From: Candidatus Moranbacteria bacterium GW2011_GWC2_40_12
GTDB taxonomy: Bacteria > Patescibacteriota > Minisyncoccia > Moranbacterales > UBA11712
NCBI GenBank assembly: GCA_000995965.1
Contig: LBYD01000001.1
Location: 76,923-140,922 of the forward strand
Length of the DNA stretch: 64,000 bases
Direction: 5' to 3'
The position numbers and the translations under genes are program-made. Positions 8,677-18,317 of this stretch are shown here, piece after piece. The first letter of the stretch is position 1. Each line of letters begins with the position of its first letter. The notes below the pieces were generated by a model. That model searched no databases. It had not been told where the DNA came from and saw nothing but the letters and a program-made list of their open reading frames with translations.

Positions 8677-9111
8677 ATGAAAATAAAATATTCAATGAAA
8701 AGTTTGAAAAAGTTTCTGGCCAACGCTTTTTCCGGGGGAAATCCGGAAAAAATCCTCGAGGATGTCCATTGCGAGCTCACCCGGAGAAATTTCGCGGTTG
8801 AGAGGTATGAGGACGTTTCCGGGATGGGGATTCGGGGCAGTTTGGACATCTACCCATCGGTTCAGGTCAATGTCTATATTCCCTTCACTTCCGCGTGGGA
8901 GCTGCAGGCGCTTCTCTTCTTCGAGGAGGATGACCAGCTCGAATTGGTGAGCCAGGTCCCCGATTTCAAGGAAAAAATCCTTTTGAGGCGCTATTCCCTG
9001 CCAATTAATCCCCGGGAAATCGCCAGAGCTTTGAGCACGGACGCCCTGCTTCTTGGCGCATTGCTGGCAACTATTCTCAAGCGCCAGGAAATTGAGGCAC
9101 GGCATGAATAG
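8677..9111 (+). CDS. Hypothetical cytoplasmic protein (144 aa), visibly G+C-richer than its neighbours
   Basis: Consensus promoter, a GGGAGG Shine-Dalgarno sequence 11 nt upstream of ATG 8677, and a globular-looking sequence (…IYPSVQVNVYIPFTSAWELQALLFFEEDDQLELV…). No family was recognised. Confidence 0.55.
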   Translation: MKIKYSMKSLKKFLANAFSGGNPEKILEDVHCELTRRNFAVERYEDVSGMGIRGSLDIYPSVQVNVYIPFTSAWELQALLFFEEDDQLELVSQVPDFKEKILLRRYSLPINPREIARALSTDALLLGALLATILKRQEIEARHE

Positions 9112-9202
9112 GGAGCGGGGCGGAGCGCCATTGGCGTCTTTGCCCCCCAATTTTCAATCAACATTTTTTGCTATAATCCTGACTTTACGTTAACATAAAT
9201 AC

Positions 9203-10150
9203 ATGAATGAATCCAGTCAGAAACCATATATATCCGTGATTGTTCCGCTTTATGACGAAGAGGGGAATGTGAGAGAATTGCACCAGAAAATAGTCGAAGC
9301 CTGCCGGGGACTTGGCAAGACTCTCGAAATTATTTTCATCGACGATGGAAGCACGGACAAGACGAATGAAATTTGCCGCGCATTGAGCCCCCTGAAGCTC
9401 ATCACCTTTCGAAAAAATTTCGGGCAGACAGCCGCCTTTGACGCGGGGATCAAAAATTCTTCGGGCGAAATCATTATCACAATGGACGGCGATCTTCAGA
9501 ATGATCCGGCGGACATCAAGCTGCTATTGGATAAATTAAGCGAAGGATACGACGTTGTTGCCGGCTGGCGGAAAAATAGGCAGGATTCCTTTATGAAGAA
9601 TCTTGCCTCGCGCGCGGCCAATATTGCCCGAAAATTTCTCATCAACGACGGAATTCATGACAGCGGGTGCAGTCTCAAGGCTTTCAAAAGGGAATGTTTT
9701 GACGATCTGGATTTGTATGGCGAGATGCACCGCTTTATCCCGGCACTCCTCAAGGTGCAGGGGTTCAAAGTGGCGGAAGTTCCAGTCAGCCATCATTCGC
9801 GCAAGAGCGGGGTGACGAAATACAACTGGAAGCGGGGAGTAAAGGGAATCGTTGATATGATCTCGGTCTGGTTCTGGAAAAAATACGCCAATCGGCCTTT
9901 GCATCTTTTTGGAGCGGGGGGTCTTGGGATATTTTTCCTGGGAATTTTGTCGGGAGCGGCGCTGGTCACGGCGCGCGTTTTCTATGCCGTCCCGATGTCG
10001 AACAAAATCTGGCCGCTCATCGCTGTTTTCCTGGTCCTGATGGGAATCCAACTCTTCATTTTCGGTCTTCTGGCTGATATCGCGGTCAAGAATTATTATA
10101 AAACGCAGGGGAAGATGAATTATAAAATAAGAGAGATTATCGAGAATTAA
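9203..10150 (+). CDS. GT2 polyprenyl-phosphate glycosyltransferase (GtrB/ArnC/CsbB-like) with two C-terminal TM helices
   Basis: ISVIVPLYDEEGNV, IFIDDGSTDKT, MDGDLQNDP (DxD) and GEMHRFIP, followed by two hydrophobic helices at the C-terminus. Confidence 0.8.
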   Translation: MNESSQKPYISVIVPLYDEEGNVRELHQKIVEACRGLGKTLEIIFIDDGSTDKTNEICRALSPLKLITFRKNFGQTAAFDAGIKNSSGEIIITMDGDLQNDPADIKLLLDKLSEGYDVVAGWRKNRQDSFMKNLASRAANIARKFLINDGIHDSGCSLKAFKRECFDDLDLYGEMHRFIPALLKVQGFKVAEVPVSHHSRKSGVTKYNWKRGVKGIVDMISVWFWKKYANRPLHLFGAGGLGIFFLGILSGAALVTARVFYAVPMSNKIWPLIAVFLVLMGIQLFIFGLLADIAVKNYYKTQGKMNYKIREIIEN

Positions 10151-11334
10151 TGAAAATTCTCACCATCGCCGCGACGCCTTTTTTTTCTGACCGGGGCGCT
10201 CATATGCGGATACTTAACGAAGCGAAATATCTCAAAAAATTGGGCGCCGAGGTGCGCCTTTGCGCTTATCATATTGGGGAAAATGTGCCGGGACTTGATA
10301 TCGAGCGTATCAAGGGCCCGAATAGCTACAAAAAAACATCTCCCGGTTTTTCCTGGGGAAAAATATGGCTGGACTGGAAACTCCTTTTTTTGGTTCGGCG
10401 GGAAATTAAAACATTTCAACCCGACGCGATCCACGCGCATCTTTGGGAGGGACTGGCTATCGGATATTTGGCGAAAAAATTGGCTTTTTGCGGAAAAATT
10501 CCGATAGTATTTGATTTGCAGGGGAATATCGATGAGGAATTTCAAAGTTACAGCCGAAAAAAATCAATCGCGCGGAAATTCTTTGTTTGGTTTTCAAAGA
10601 GAGTTATCAATTGGGCCGATAAAATTGTTGTCAGCAGTGAGAATGTCAAACTTCATCGTAGCGGTTTAATCGCTACGATCGTGCGGGATGGGATTGATTT
10701 GGATTTATTTCAAAATCTGCAAGACTTATCTAAAGTAGAATCGGATAAAATCGATAAAATTAAAAAGTGGGCTGGAGATAGTAAATTGCTGGTCTATATC
10801 GGAGGTTTGAGCGATAATAAGGGAGTCGGGGAGCTTTTGGAAGTTTTTGGAAAACTTGGCTTTGAGAAATTCCCCGACGAAAAGTCGGGGAAGGAAAAAG
10901 CCGAGCTTTGGGAAAAGAATAATTGGAAACTTCTATTGGGCGGATTTGGAAGTGACGAGGAAAAATACAAAAAATATATTACTGAAAAAAAACTGGAAAA
11001 ATCCGTGTATTTTGCCGGAAAAATTCCGTATTTTTCTTTGGCGCGCTATCTGGCATTGGCGGACGCTGGAATCGATCCCAAGAGCGGTTCGACCGAATCG
11101 AGCGGAAAGATAGCCAATCTTATGGCGGCGGGACTGCCAATAATTTGCTTCGGCACCAAATTTAATCGGGCGAGATTGGGCGAAAAGGGAATTTATTTGA
11201 AAAATATGAATGAATTGGCCGAAAAAATGAATACTTTTCAGGATACGGGAAAAATAGAATATGACATTGAAAATTTTAGCGAGGAAAAAGAAGCTCGGAA
11301 ATTGCTTGAAATTTTCCTATTACTTGTCAAATGA
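10150..11334 (+). CDS. GT4-type (GT-B) glycosyltransferase
   Basis: The N-terminus MKILTIAATPFFSDRGAHMR and the C-terminal nucleotide-sugar-binding half resemble group-1 GTs. The ATG overlaps the upstream TAA (TAATG). Confidence 0.72.
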   Translation: MKILTIAATPFFSDRGAHMRILNEAKYLKKLGAEVRLCAYHIGENVPGLDIERIKGPNSYKKTSPGFSWGKIWLDWKLLFLVRREIKTFQPDAIHAHLWEGLAIGYLAKKLAFCGKIPIVFDLQGNIDEEFQSYSRKKSIARKFFVWFSKRVINWADKIVVSSENVKLHRSGLIATIVRDGIDLDLFQNLQDLSKVESDKIDKIKKWAGDSKLLVYIGGLSDNKGVGELLEVFGKLGFEKFPDEKSGKEKAELWEKNNWKLLLGGFGSDEEKYKKYITEKKLEKSVYFAGKIPYFSLARYLALADAGIDPKSGSTESSGKIANLMAAGLPIICFGTKFNRARLGEKGIYLKNMNELAEKMNTFQDTGKIEYDIENFSEEKEARKLLEIFLLLVK

Positions 11335-12518
11335 AAACACTTCTCATAAAAACCGGAAAAGCGCTGAACGCCTTGAAGCAAGAAGGGCTGGTCCGCGGCG
11401 GAAAAAGGGTGGCAAAATCTTTTATAGCGCAATTTGGCCGGGTGCGGCCGGGGGATATTTTGTTTGTGACGCCGGGAGTGGGAGACAGCGCGATGTTTCG
11501 AGCGCATAACCAGGCTGAAGAGATGCGCCTTCATGAGTTCAAATGCAGTGTGACGATTCAGGATAATCCTTTTTTGCCGCGCTACGCGGATAAATTCAAA
11601 ATTTTCATTTTCCATCGGCCGGTTTGGACGAAAAATGTCGCAAAACTTTTTGAAAACGCCAAAAAACTTGGAAAGGAAATTATTTTCGAAACAGACGACC
11701 TGGTTTTCGACCCGAAACATGTTCAGGCGACGGAGCATTACAAAAAAATGAATATTTTTGAGCGTAAGCAATATGAAAAGGGAGCAGGAGAGGAGATCCT
11801 GAGGGATACGTATGTCAAGGCCTGCGCGACAACAACAAGCTTTCTCGCGAAAATTTTGGAAAAATACGGCAAAAAAGTCTTCATCTCGAAAAATAAGCTG
11901 TCGCTCAAAGATCTTGAAATCGCAGAAAATCTCTTGACGAAGGCTAAGCCTTCGTCAGATAATATTGGCTTGAGAATAGGATATTTTTCCGGAACCAAAG
12001 GGCATGATAAGAATTTTGCGACGATAGAAAATGCCCTGGTCAGGATTCTCGAAAAATACCCCGATATAAAATTATTTTTAGCCGGTCCGCTCAACATCAG
12101 TGAAAAATTCGGGAAGTTTCAAAGCCGGATCGAAAAATTTCCATTTGCGTTGCGCGAGGAGCACTTCAAAAATATCTCTGGAGTTGATATCAACATTATT
12201 CCTCTGGAAAAAAACAATGATTTTTGTGAGGCGAAATCGGAACTCAAATTTTTTGAAGCTGGGATTTTGGGAGTGCCCTCGGTGGCGGTAGACAATCAGA
12301 CTTATCGAGACGCGATTGATGATGGCGTTGACAGCTTTTTGGCCGGGAGTGAAAATGAGTGGGAAGAAAAAATTGAAAGGCTGATAGTTGACGGAGATCT
12401 TCGAAAAAATATGGGAAAAGAAGCGAGAGAAAAAACTATCCGCGAATATACGACAAAAAATAGCCACAGCAGCGAATATTATGATTATCTGCGGCTGAAA
12501 TTGAAAATGCAAAAGTAA
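11331..12518 (+). CDS. GT-B fold glycosyltransferase (group 1-like)
   Basis: IGYFSGTKGHDKNF…LFLAGPL…EAKSELKFFEAGILGVPSVAV. ATGA overlap with the upstream gene. Confidence 0.62.
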   Translation: MKTLLIKTGKALNALKQEGLVRGGKRVAKSFIAQFGRVRPGDILFVTPGVGDSAMFRAHNQAEEMRLHEFKCSVTIQDNPFLPRYADKFKIFIFHRPVWTKNVAKLFENAKKLGKEIIFETDDLVFDPKHVQATEHYKKMNIFERKQYEKGAGEEILRDTYVKACATTTSFLAKILEKYGKKVFISKNKLSLKDLEIAENLLTKAKPSSDNIGLRIGYFSGTKGHDKNFATIENALVRILEKYPDIKLFLAGPLNISEKFGKFQSRIEKFPFALREEHFKNISGVDINIIPLEKNNDFCEAKSELKFFEAGILGVPSVAVDNQTYRDAIDDGVDSFLAGSENEWEEKIERLIVDGDLRKNMGKEAREKTIREYTTKNSHSSEYYDYLRLKLKMQK

Positions 12519-12610
12519 AAATTGTTATTTTTCGAATAGTCTGTCTTCGCACGAATGTGCGGACAAACGCGATACCTGCTTAATCGCCTTACACTTTTCA
12601 GATCAGATTT

Positions 12611-13606
12611 ATGGAAAATACCGCCATTGTCATTGTCAACTGGAACGGAAAGAAGTATCTCAAGGACTGCTTCGATTCGCTCCAAAAACAAACCTATGAA
12701 AATTTCAGGGTTATTTTTGTGGACAACGGGTCAACAGACGATTCAGTCAATTTTGTAAAAAATAACTACTTGGAAACTAAGTTTCCAAGTGTAAAAATAG
12801 TTCGATTAGAAAGGAATACCGGTTTCTGTTTTGGATATAACGTGGGCATCAAGTCGGCGCTTGAAGATCCTAAGATAAAATACGTAATTGTTCTCAATAA
12901 TGACACCAGACTGGATGAAAAATACGTCGAAGAATTGGCAAGATGCGCGAAAAAATATCCGGGTACAGGTTCCGTCCAGCCGAAAGTTTTGAATTTTTTT
13001 GAAAGGGAAAAAATTGATTGCGCCGGAATTTATATCACTCGCGACGGGACGGCCCATAACAGGGGATACGGAAGAGATGCAAGAAGATATAGTGAAGAAA
13101 AAGAAATTTTCGGCGCGAACGGGACAGCCTCGCTTTTTACCCGGGAGGCGCTTGAGAAAACAGCCCTTCTGGAGCATAATTATTTCGACAATGACCATTT
13201 TGTTTTCTATGAAGACGTGGATCTGGCCTGGCGGATGAAAAACGCGGGATTTAAGTCGTATTTTTGCCCGCAGGCGGTCGTATATCACGTCCACAGCGGA
13301 ACTGCCGGAAAAGGTTCGCTGATGAAAGCATATTATCTCCACCGAAACTATTTCTTCACTGTCATAAAAAATTATCCTTTTGGAAAAATGGCAAAAACGT
13401 TTTTTTGGCGATTTTTCAGCTATCTGAAGCTGGTCGCGAATATATTCAATAAAAAGAAACGGGAGACGGAATTCGTAAAAGGGCGGAGCAAAGCTGAAGT
13501 CGCCCTTGTGATTCTCAAGGCATGGGGGAGCGTCTTATGCAATTTATCGAGAATGATGAGAAAAAGAATGTTTATCAGAAAAAAGATTCATGAAAATCAA
13601 ATTTGA
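12611..13606 (+). CDS. GT2 glycosyltransferase (rhamnosyltransferase-like)
   Basis: IVIVNWNGKKYLKDCFDSLQKQTY, VIFVDNGSTDDS, LNNDT and YEDVDLAWR. Confidence 0.8.
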   Translation: MENTAIVIVNWNGKKYLKDCFDSLQKQTYENFRVIFVDNGSTDDSVNFVKNNYLETKFPSVKIVRLERNTGFCFGYNVGIKSALEDPKIKYVIVLNNDTRLDEKYVEELARCAKKYPGTGSVQPKVLNFFEREKIDCAGIYITRDGTAHNRGYGRDARRYSEEKEIFGANGTASLFTREALEKTALLEHNYFDNDHFVFYEDVDLAWRMKNAGFKSYFCPQAVVYHVHSGTAGKGSLMKAYYLHRNYFFTVIKNYPFGKMAKTFFWRFFSYLKLVANIFNKKKRETEFVKGRSKAEVALVILKAWGSVLCNLSRMMRKRMFIRKKIHENQI

Positions 13607-15248
13607 CTGGAAAATAGTTTTGTTTTCGCTTGTCATCGCCCTCGCAATTTTTCTTCGCGTTTGGCATTTTTCGGACTGGCTTTTTTTCAAAATGGACCAG
13701 GCGCGGGATGCGTCAATTATAAAACAGGCCTTTGAGCTGGGCCCTGGCTGGCTTCCGCTTCTCGGTCCCAAAGCCGGCGGAACGGACCTGAACCTCGGGC
13801 CGGCCTTTTACTATTTCCAATATTTGGCGGCATCGCTTTTCCAAAGCGTCCATCCGGCAGTGCTGGCTTTTCCTGACCTCTTATTCGGAATACTTTCCAT
13901 ACCGCTTTTCTTCATATTTGCCAAAAAATATTTTTCCCGAAACTGGTCAATGATTCTGGCAAGCCTTTTTGCCGTTTCCTTTCTGGGAATCCAATATTCG
14001 CGTTTTTCCTGGAATCCAAACGGGCTCGTATTTTTCAATCTTCTGTTTTTTCTGTCGCTTCTAAATGTATTTGATAAAAATATAAAATACCATCTTCGCT
14101 GGGTGATTCTCGCCGGGATTTCCTTTGCAGTTTCGACCCAGCTTCACTTCCTTTCTTTTCTTACTTTGCCGGTGATTGCGGCGATATTTATAATATTCAA
14201 TTGGAAAGAGTCGAGAAAGGCGCTAAATTGGAGATACGTACTCTTTTTTTTGGCTATCATTCTTCTTATATATCTGCCGGTGATTCTGAATGAAATTGTT
14301 TCCAAGGGGGAAAATACCCATCAATTCATGTTGGCGCTCAAAGAAAAGCCGTCGGAGCACAGTTTTTGGAAAAACATAAAACGAGATATCCGCTATTGGG
14401 GTCAGAATTGGTTTTTGATTCTCACCAGTTGGATCAGCCGCAAGGGCGGAATAAACGGCGCGATTTTGTCATGGCTCGGCGCGATTTTTCCGGCCATTTA
14501 TCTCGGATACAAATCTTTTCGACGGGAGGAAAACGCCGTAAAGAAGAATTTTGTGCTGATTTCGCTTCTCTGGTTTTCTATATATTTTCTCGCTTATATC
14601 CCGATTGCCTATCAAATCCGGCCAAGATTTTTCCTGCCGCTTCTGGTGCTGCCTTTTATTTTCATCGGATATTTGGCGGTGTTTTTTTGGGAAAAAAAGC
14701 ATAAATTTTGGAAAATTTGCGTCTCTGCGGCCATTCTTTTGATTTTTTTGGGGAATTTGACCGGGACCTATTTTTGGTTTGAGGAAATAAGATCAGCCCA
14801 AAAAAAGGGGACTTACCCTTGGCGGACAATCATTCTAAAGGCCAAGGACGGAGTTGTGCTTTGGCACTTGGAGAAGGCGGCAAATTATATGAAAGAAAAT
14901 TGCCAGGCGAAGATAATATATTTTGACGCCCCTTCCGAATATAAAAGGCCGGTAAAATATTTGTTGAATCTGCGGGGAACAGAAGCCGCTTCGATTGAGA
15001 ATCTCAAAACAGGAGAACAAAAACAGTGTGTTTTCTCTTTGGGATTAACTCGGGCGAAAAAATTGTCCACGAGAGAGAAACTGGAAGCCGAATTCGATGT
15101 TGGCGAACAGCAAAAAATCGGCGCGCTGAGTGTCTATAAGCTTTCCCTCAAAGAAAATATTTCAGGCCAAACCTTGCCGTCTTACAAAGCAGGTGCGGAA
15201 GAGAATGAGAAATCGAATCGTATTTTTTGGAAAGATTTGTGGAAATAA
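13590..15248 (+). CDS. GT-C-like polytopic membrane glycosyltransferase (GT39/ArnT-like)
   Basis: The N-terminal helix is followed by a loop FFKMDQARDASII. There are about 11 or more hydrophobic helices and a soluble C-terminal domain. Confidence 0.62.
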   Translation: MKIKFDWKIVLFSLVIALAIFLRVWHFSDWLFFKMDQARDASIIKQAFELGPGWLPLLGPKAGGTDLNLGPAFYYFQYLAASLFQSVHPAVLAFPDLLFGILSIPLFFIFAKKYFSRNWSMILASLFAVSFLGIQYSRFSWNPNGLVFFNLLFFLSLLNVFDKNIKYHLRWVILAGISFAVSTQLHFLSFLTLPVIAAIFIIFNWKESRKALNWRYVLFFLAIILLIYLPVILNEIVSKGENTHQFMLALKEKPSEHSFWKNIKRDIRYWGQNWFLILTSWISRKGGINGAILSWLGAIFPAIYLGYKSFRREENAVKKNFVLISLLWFSIYFLAYIPIAYQIRPRFFLPLLVLPFIFIGYLAVFFWEKKHKFWKICVSAAILLIFLGNLTGTYFWFEEIRSAQKKGTYPWRTIILKAKDGVVLWHLEKAANYMKENCQAKIIYFDAPSEYKRPVKYLLNLRGTEAASIENLKTGEQKQCVFSLGLTRAKKLSTREKLEAEFDVGEQQKIGALSVYKLSLKENISGQTLPSYKAGAEENEKSNRIFWKDLWK

Positions 15249-15314
15249 AACGGATTTTGATGTAAAATTAATCAGCCTGGATTCAAGTCTGGAAATTTTG
15301 AATTCTTGTTTTTT

Positions 15315-16043
15315 ATGAAAAATAAAGCAATTTCAGTTGTCATTCCCTGTTACAACGAGGAAAAGACAATCCAAAAAAATTTGTTGAAGGTTCACAATTA
15401 TCTCAAGGACCGTTTTGGGGTTTTCGAGATAATTGTCGTAAACGATGGCAGCAATGACGGGACGCTCAAGGAAATAAAAAAAATGGAGGACGATCTGCAT
15501 CTTCGCATAATTGATAATCAGGAAAATAAAGGAAAAGGCAAAGTTGTCAAGCAGGGGATTTTGGAGAGTTCCTGTGATCTTGTTATGTTTTTGGATGCTG
15601 ATCTGGGAATTCCCATAGAAGAGCTTCAAAAGTTTGTGCCTGAATTTGATCGCGGATATGATATCATTATTGCCTCAAGATTTGTTCCCGGTCTTCGCGT
15701 CATAAGGCCGGTTCTTTGGCACCGGCAGACCATGGAAAAAATTTTTCGTTTGCTCCGGTTGGCGATAATATGTGACCGGAACGTCAAGGATACGCAGTGC
15801 GGATTCAAGGTTTTTCAGAGGAAGGCAGCTATGGATATTTTTTCCCGAGTGACGGTCGGAAGGTTTGCTTTTGACGCAGAGGTAATCTTCATTGCCAATA
15901 AATTGAAATATAAAATCAAAGAGCTTCCTATTTCGCTTCAAAATCCGCCTAACAGCCATATCAGACTTTTTCGCGATCCCCTGAATATGGCGCTGGACCT
16001 GCTCAAAATCCGCTTGAATGCCTGGAGGGGAAAATACAAATAA
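15315..16043 (+). CDS. GT2 polyprenyl-phosphate beta-glycosyltransferase (Alg5/DPG-synthase-like, soluble type)
   Basis: ISVVIPCYNEEKTI, IIVVNDGSNDGT, LDADLGIP and TQCGFKVF. ATG 15315 is preferred over TTG 15306. Confidence 0.8.
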   Translation: MKNKAISVVIPCYNEEKTIQKNLLKVHNYLKDRFGVFEIIVVNDGSNDGTLKEIKKMEDDLHLRIIDNQENKGKGKVVKQGILESSCDLVMFLDADLGIPIEELQKFVPEFDRGYDIIIASRFVPGLRVIRPVLWHRQTMEKIFRLLRLAIICDRNVKDTQCGFKVFQRKAAMDIFSRVTVGRFAFDAEVIFIANKLKYKIKELPISLQNPPNSHIRLFRDPLNMALDLLKIRLNAWRGKYK

Positions 16044-18281
16044 ATGACGAAGGGAAAAAATCAAATGAAAAAACTCTGGAGCAACGAAAAAATCAGAATT
16101 ATTTTCTTCTACGCGCTTTTGACGGTAATTTTAACCTGGCCCTTTGCCTGGAATTTTTTCTCTTCTGTTCCGAGTCTTGGATCTGATACGATGCAGGTGA
16201 TCGGTGTAGCCGGGGAAAGAATGAATGTTCTCAAAGATCTGGGTGTTTTCAAAGGATCTGTTGAGCTTATGAAGCGATCGGAATTCAATATAGTCACTCT
16301 TTATGCCTTTTTTCAGCTCATTTTCGGCCGGATTGCCGGATATAATCTACTATTTTTCGCATCGTTTGTCCTTTCTGGTTTTGGAATGTATCTTCTTGCC
16401 TATTATTTCACCAAAAGCAAGCCGGCCTCGCTCATTGCCGGAATTATTTTCGCTTTTTTGCCGTTCCATGTCCACAATTCTTTGAGCACCAATGTTGGAA
16501 CAATGCATCAGGAGTGGCTGCCGTTTTTTGCGTTGTATCTTTTCCGGTTTTTCGATAATCTCAAGGCGAAAAACTTTCTATTGGCCGGTCTTTTTCTGGG
16601 ACTGATTGCCTTTACCGAACACCAACTTTTTGCTTTCACACTTATTTTTGTGTCTTTTTTTGTCGTATTCAAAATTTTCACCCAGCCGAGGATATTTCTC
16701 AAAAGAAAATTCTGGCTGTATGCAGTTGTCAGTTTCGTGGTCCTTTCGGCTGTTTCTCTTTTTATGTTCCGTTCACTTTTTGAGATCGCTTTTTCGGGCA
16801 ATAACTATCTTGATCCCGGATTCAAAGCGGCCGTGAAATATTCAAATGACGCCCTGAGTGTTTTCGTTCCGCCGAATTTCCATTCCTTTTGGCCCGGAGC
16901 CTTTTCGGGCTTGCGGGAAACATTCGAGCGGCGGACAGACAGCTCATTTTCGGCTTATGTCGGATTTCTGGTTCTTCTCTTGTCTGCCGCCGCATTTTTC
17001 AGGGACAGAGTATCCAAGAAATGGTTTTGGCTGGCGGTGGCAATCGGTTTTTATGTCCTTTCGCTCGGTCCGCATCTGCATTTCAAAGGAGAACTAGACC
17101 CGCCAGTCAAAATGCCATATCTTCTCGCCTATGAATATCTGCCGTTTTTCAACAACATTCGGACAGTTGGCAGATTGTTTGTGTTTTCGGCAGTGGCATT
17201 TTCGGTTTTGGCGGCGTGGGGAAGCGCGTATGTGATATTAAAAATAAGAAATAAAAGGGAAGAAATAAAAAATGAATTATTAAACGGCGATATCTCAAAA
17301 AGCGAACAAGTCGATATTTTTGGATCTAATCGCGGGCAAAAAATTTTATTTTTTGCGGTCAGCGCAGTTATCATTCTTGAATTTCTCGCAATTCCTGTCA
17401 AAACAAACTCACTCTTGCACTCCTCATTTTATGAAAAACTCGGCCAGGAAAAAGAAGATTATAACATTCTGGAGGTTCCCGGGAGCACGGATTATGACTT
17501 TGCCTCGCGCGATTTGGTTTGGAAGAGCATCCATCGAAAAAACACTATCAATGGTTATGATTTTGCCCGGGTGATTGACGATCACTACACATTTCAACGC
17601 GGAACCCCTGTCATTCGGACGCTGCTTTATGATATTCCGGAAGGGAACGAGAAACAAAATGACCGTGACATCATGAAGGATTCATATTACAAAATTTCAA
17701 ATGAAATCTTGAATTATTATAATATCCGATACGTTGTCTTGGACAAAGAGGGCCTCAAGGGAAATCCGGAAAAGGGAGACGCGGACCAGTTTTATTCCGC
17801 AAGGGCATACGCGCAAAATGTCTTGAAATGCAAAAGTGAATTCGAGGATGACTTTTTATTCGCTTGCGAGGTGAGCCGGGACGCCGCACCAAGGCATATG
17901 TTTGTGGCAATGGACTATTCCAACAAGCATTGGGTTGGAAAAGACAAAGGAAAAGACGGAATCCGGCGCTGGGCCGAGTCCGGTGCGGGAGTGAAAATTG
18001 TGAACATGTCGCCGGAGCCCCAAGAGGGAAAATTTAATTTTAAAGTAAAACTATATAAGCCGATACGGGTGATTGCGCTTCTGAACGGCGCGCCTGTTTT
18101 CGACAAATATATCACTCAATTTTCTGAAAAAACATACGTATCGGTTGATATTTCCGGCATAAAGTCCGGAGAAAATGAAATTATTTTTGAAGTCCGCGCC
18201 GCAAACGGTTTGGAAATTCGCTCTGAAAAAAAGTCAGACGTAGCGACGATATATGACGTGGAAGTGGAAGCGAAGAAATAG
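16044..18281 (+). CDS. Large polytopic membrane protein with a C-terminal extracytoplasmic domain (GT-C/YfhO-like candidate)
   Basis: 745 aa. About 12 hydrophobic helices fall in the first ~400 aa, followed by a soluble ~330-aa domain. The ATG directly abuts the stop of the GT2 gene (TAAATG). Confidence 0.55.
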   Translation: MTKGKNQMKKLWSNEKIRIIFFYALLTVILTWPFAWNFFSSVPSLGSDTMQVIGVAGERMNVLKDLGVFKGSVELMKRSEFNIVTLYAFFQLIFGRIAGYNLLFFASFVLSGFGMYLLAYYFTKSKPASLIAGIIFAFLPFHVHNSLSTNVGTMHQEWLPFFALYLFRFFDNLKAKNFLLAGLFLGLIAFTEHQLFAFTLIFVSFFVVFKIFTQPRIFLKRKFWLYAVVSFVVLSAVSLFMFRSLFEIAFSGNNYLDPGFKAAVKYSNDALSVFVPPNFHSFWPGAFSGLRETFERRTDSSFSAYVGFLVLLLSAAAFFRDRVSKKWFWLAVAIGFYVLSLGPHLHFKGELDPPVKMPYLLAYEYLPFFNNIRTVGRLFVFSAVAFSVLAAWGSAYVILKIRNKREEIKNELLNGDISKSEQVDIFGSNRGQKILFFAVSAVIILEFLAIPVKTNSLLHSSFYEKLGQEKEDYNILEVPGSTDYDFASRDLVWKSIHRKNTINGYDFARVIDDHYTFQRGTPVIRTLLYDIPEGNEKQNDRDIMKDSYYKISNEILNYYNIRYVVLDKEGLKGNPEKGDADQFYSARAYAQNVLKCKSEFEDDFLFACEVSRDAAPRHMFVAMDYSNKHWVGKDKGKDGIRRWAESGAGVKIVNMSPEPQEGKFNFKVKLYKPIRVIALLNGAPVFDKYITQFSEKTYVSVDISGIKSGENEIIFEVRAANGLEIRSEKKSDVATIYDVEVEAKK

Positions 18282-18317
18282 CTTGAAAATTGGGTGAGAA
18301 AATGCTATACTTTATTC

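Noticed and set aside
6990-8849. Full 619-aa version of the GT-C-like ORF
   Set aside because: The first 89 codons run through the + strand promoter and the start of the neighbouring gene, and they look non-protein-like. ATG 8582 (MEHQSPKKK…), followed by a TM helix, is a better start.
8692-9150. 152-aa minus-strand ORF mirroring the + strand ORF 8653-9111
   Set aside because: It has no promoter or Shine-Dalgarno sequence on that strand, and its composition is odd (Pro/Gly/Gln-rich). Long antisense ORFs are expected in a locally G+C-richer stretch. The + strand ORF has a consensus promoter and GGGAGG.
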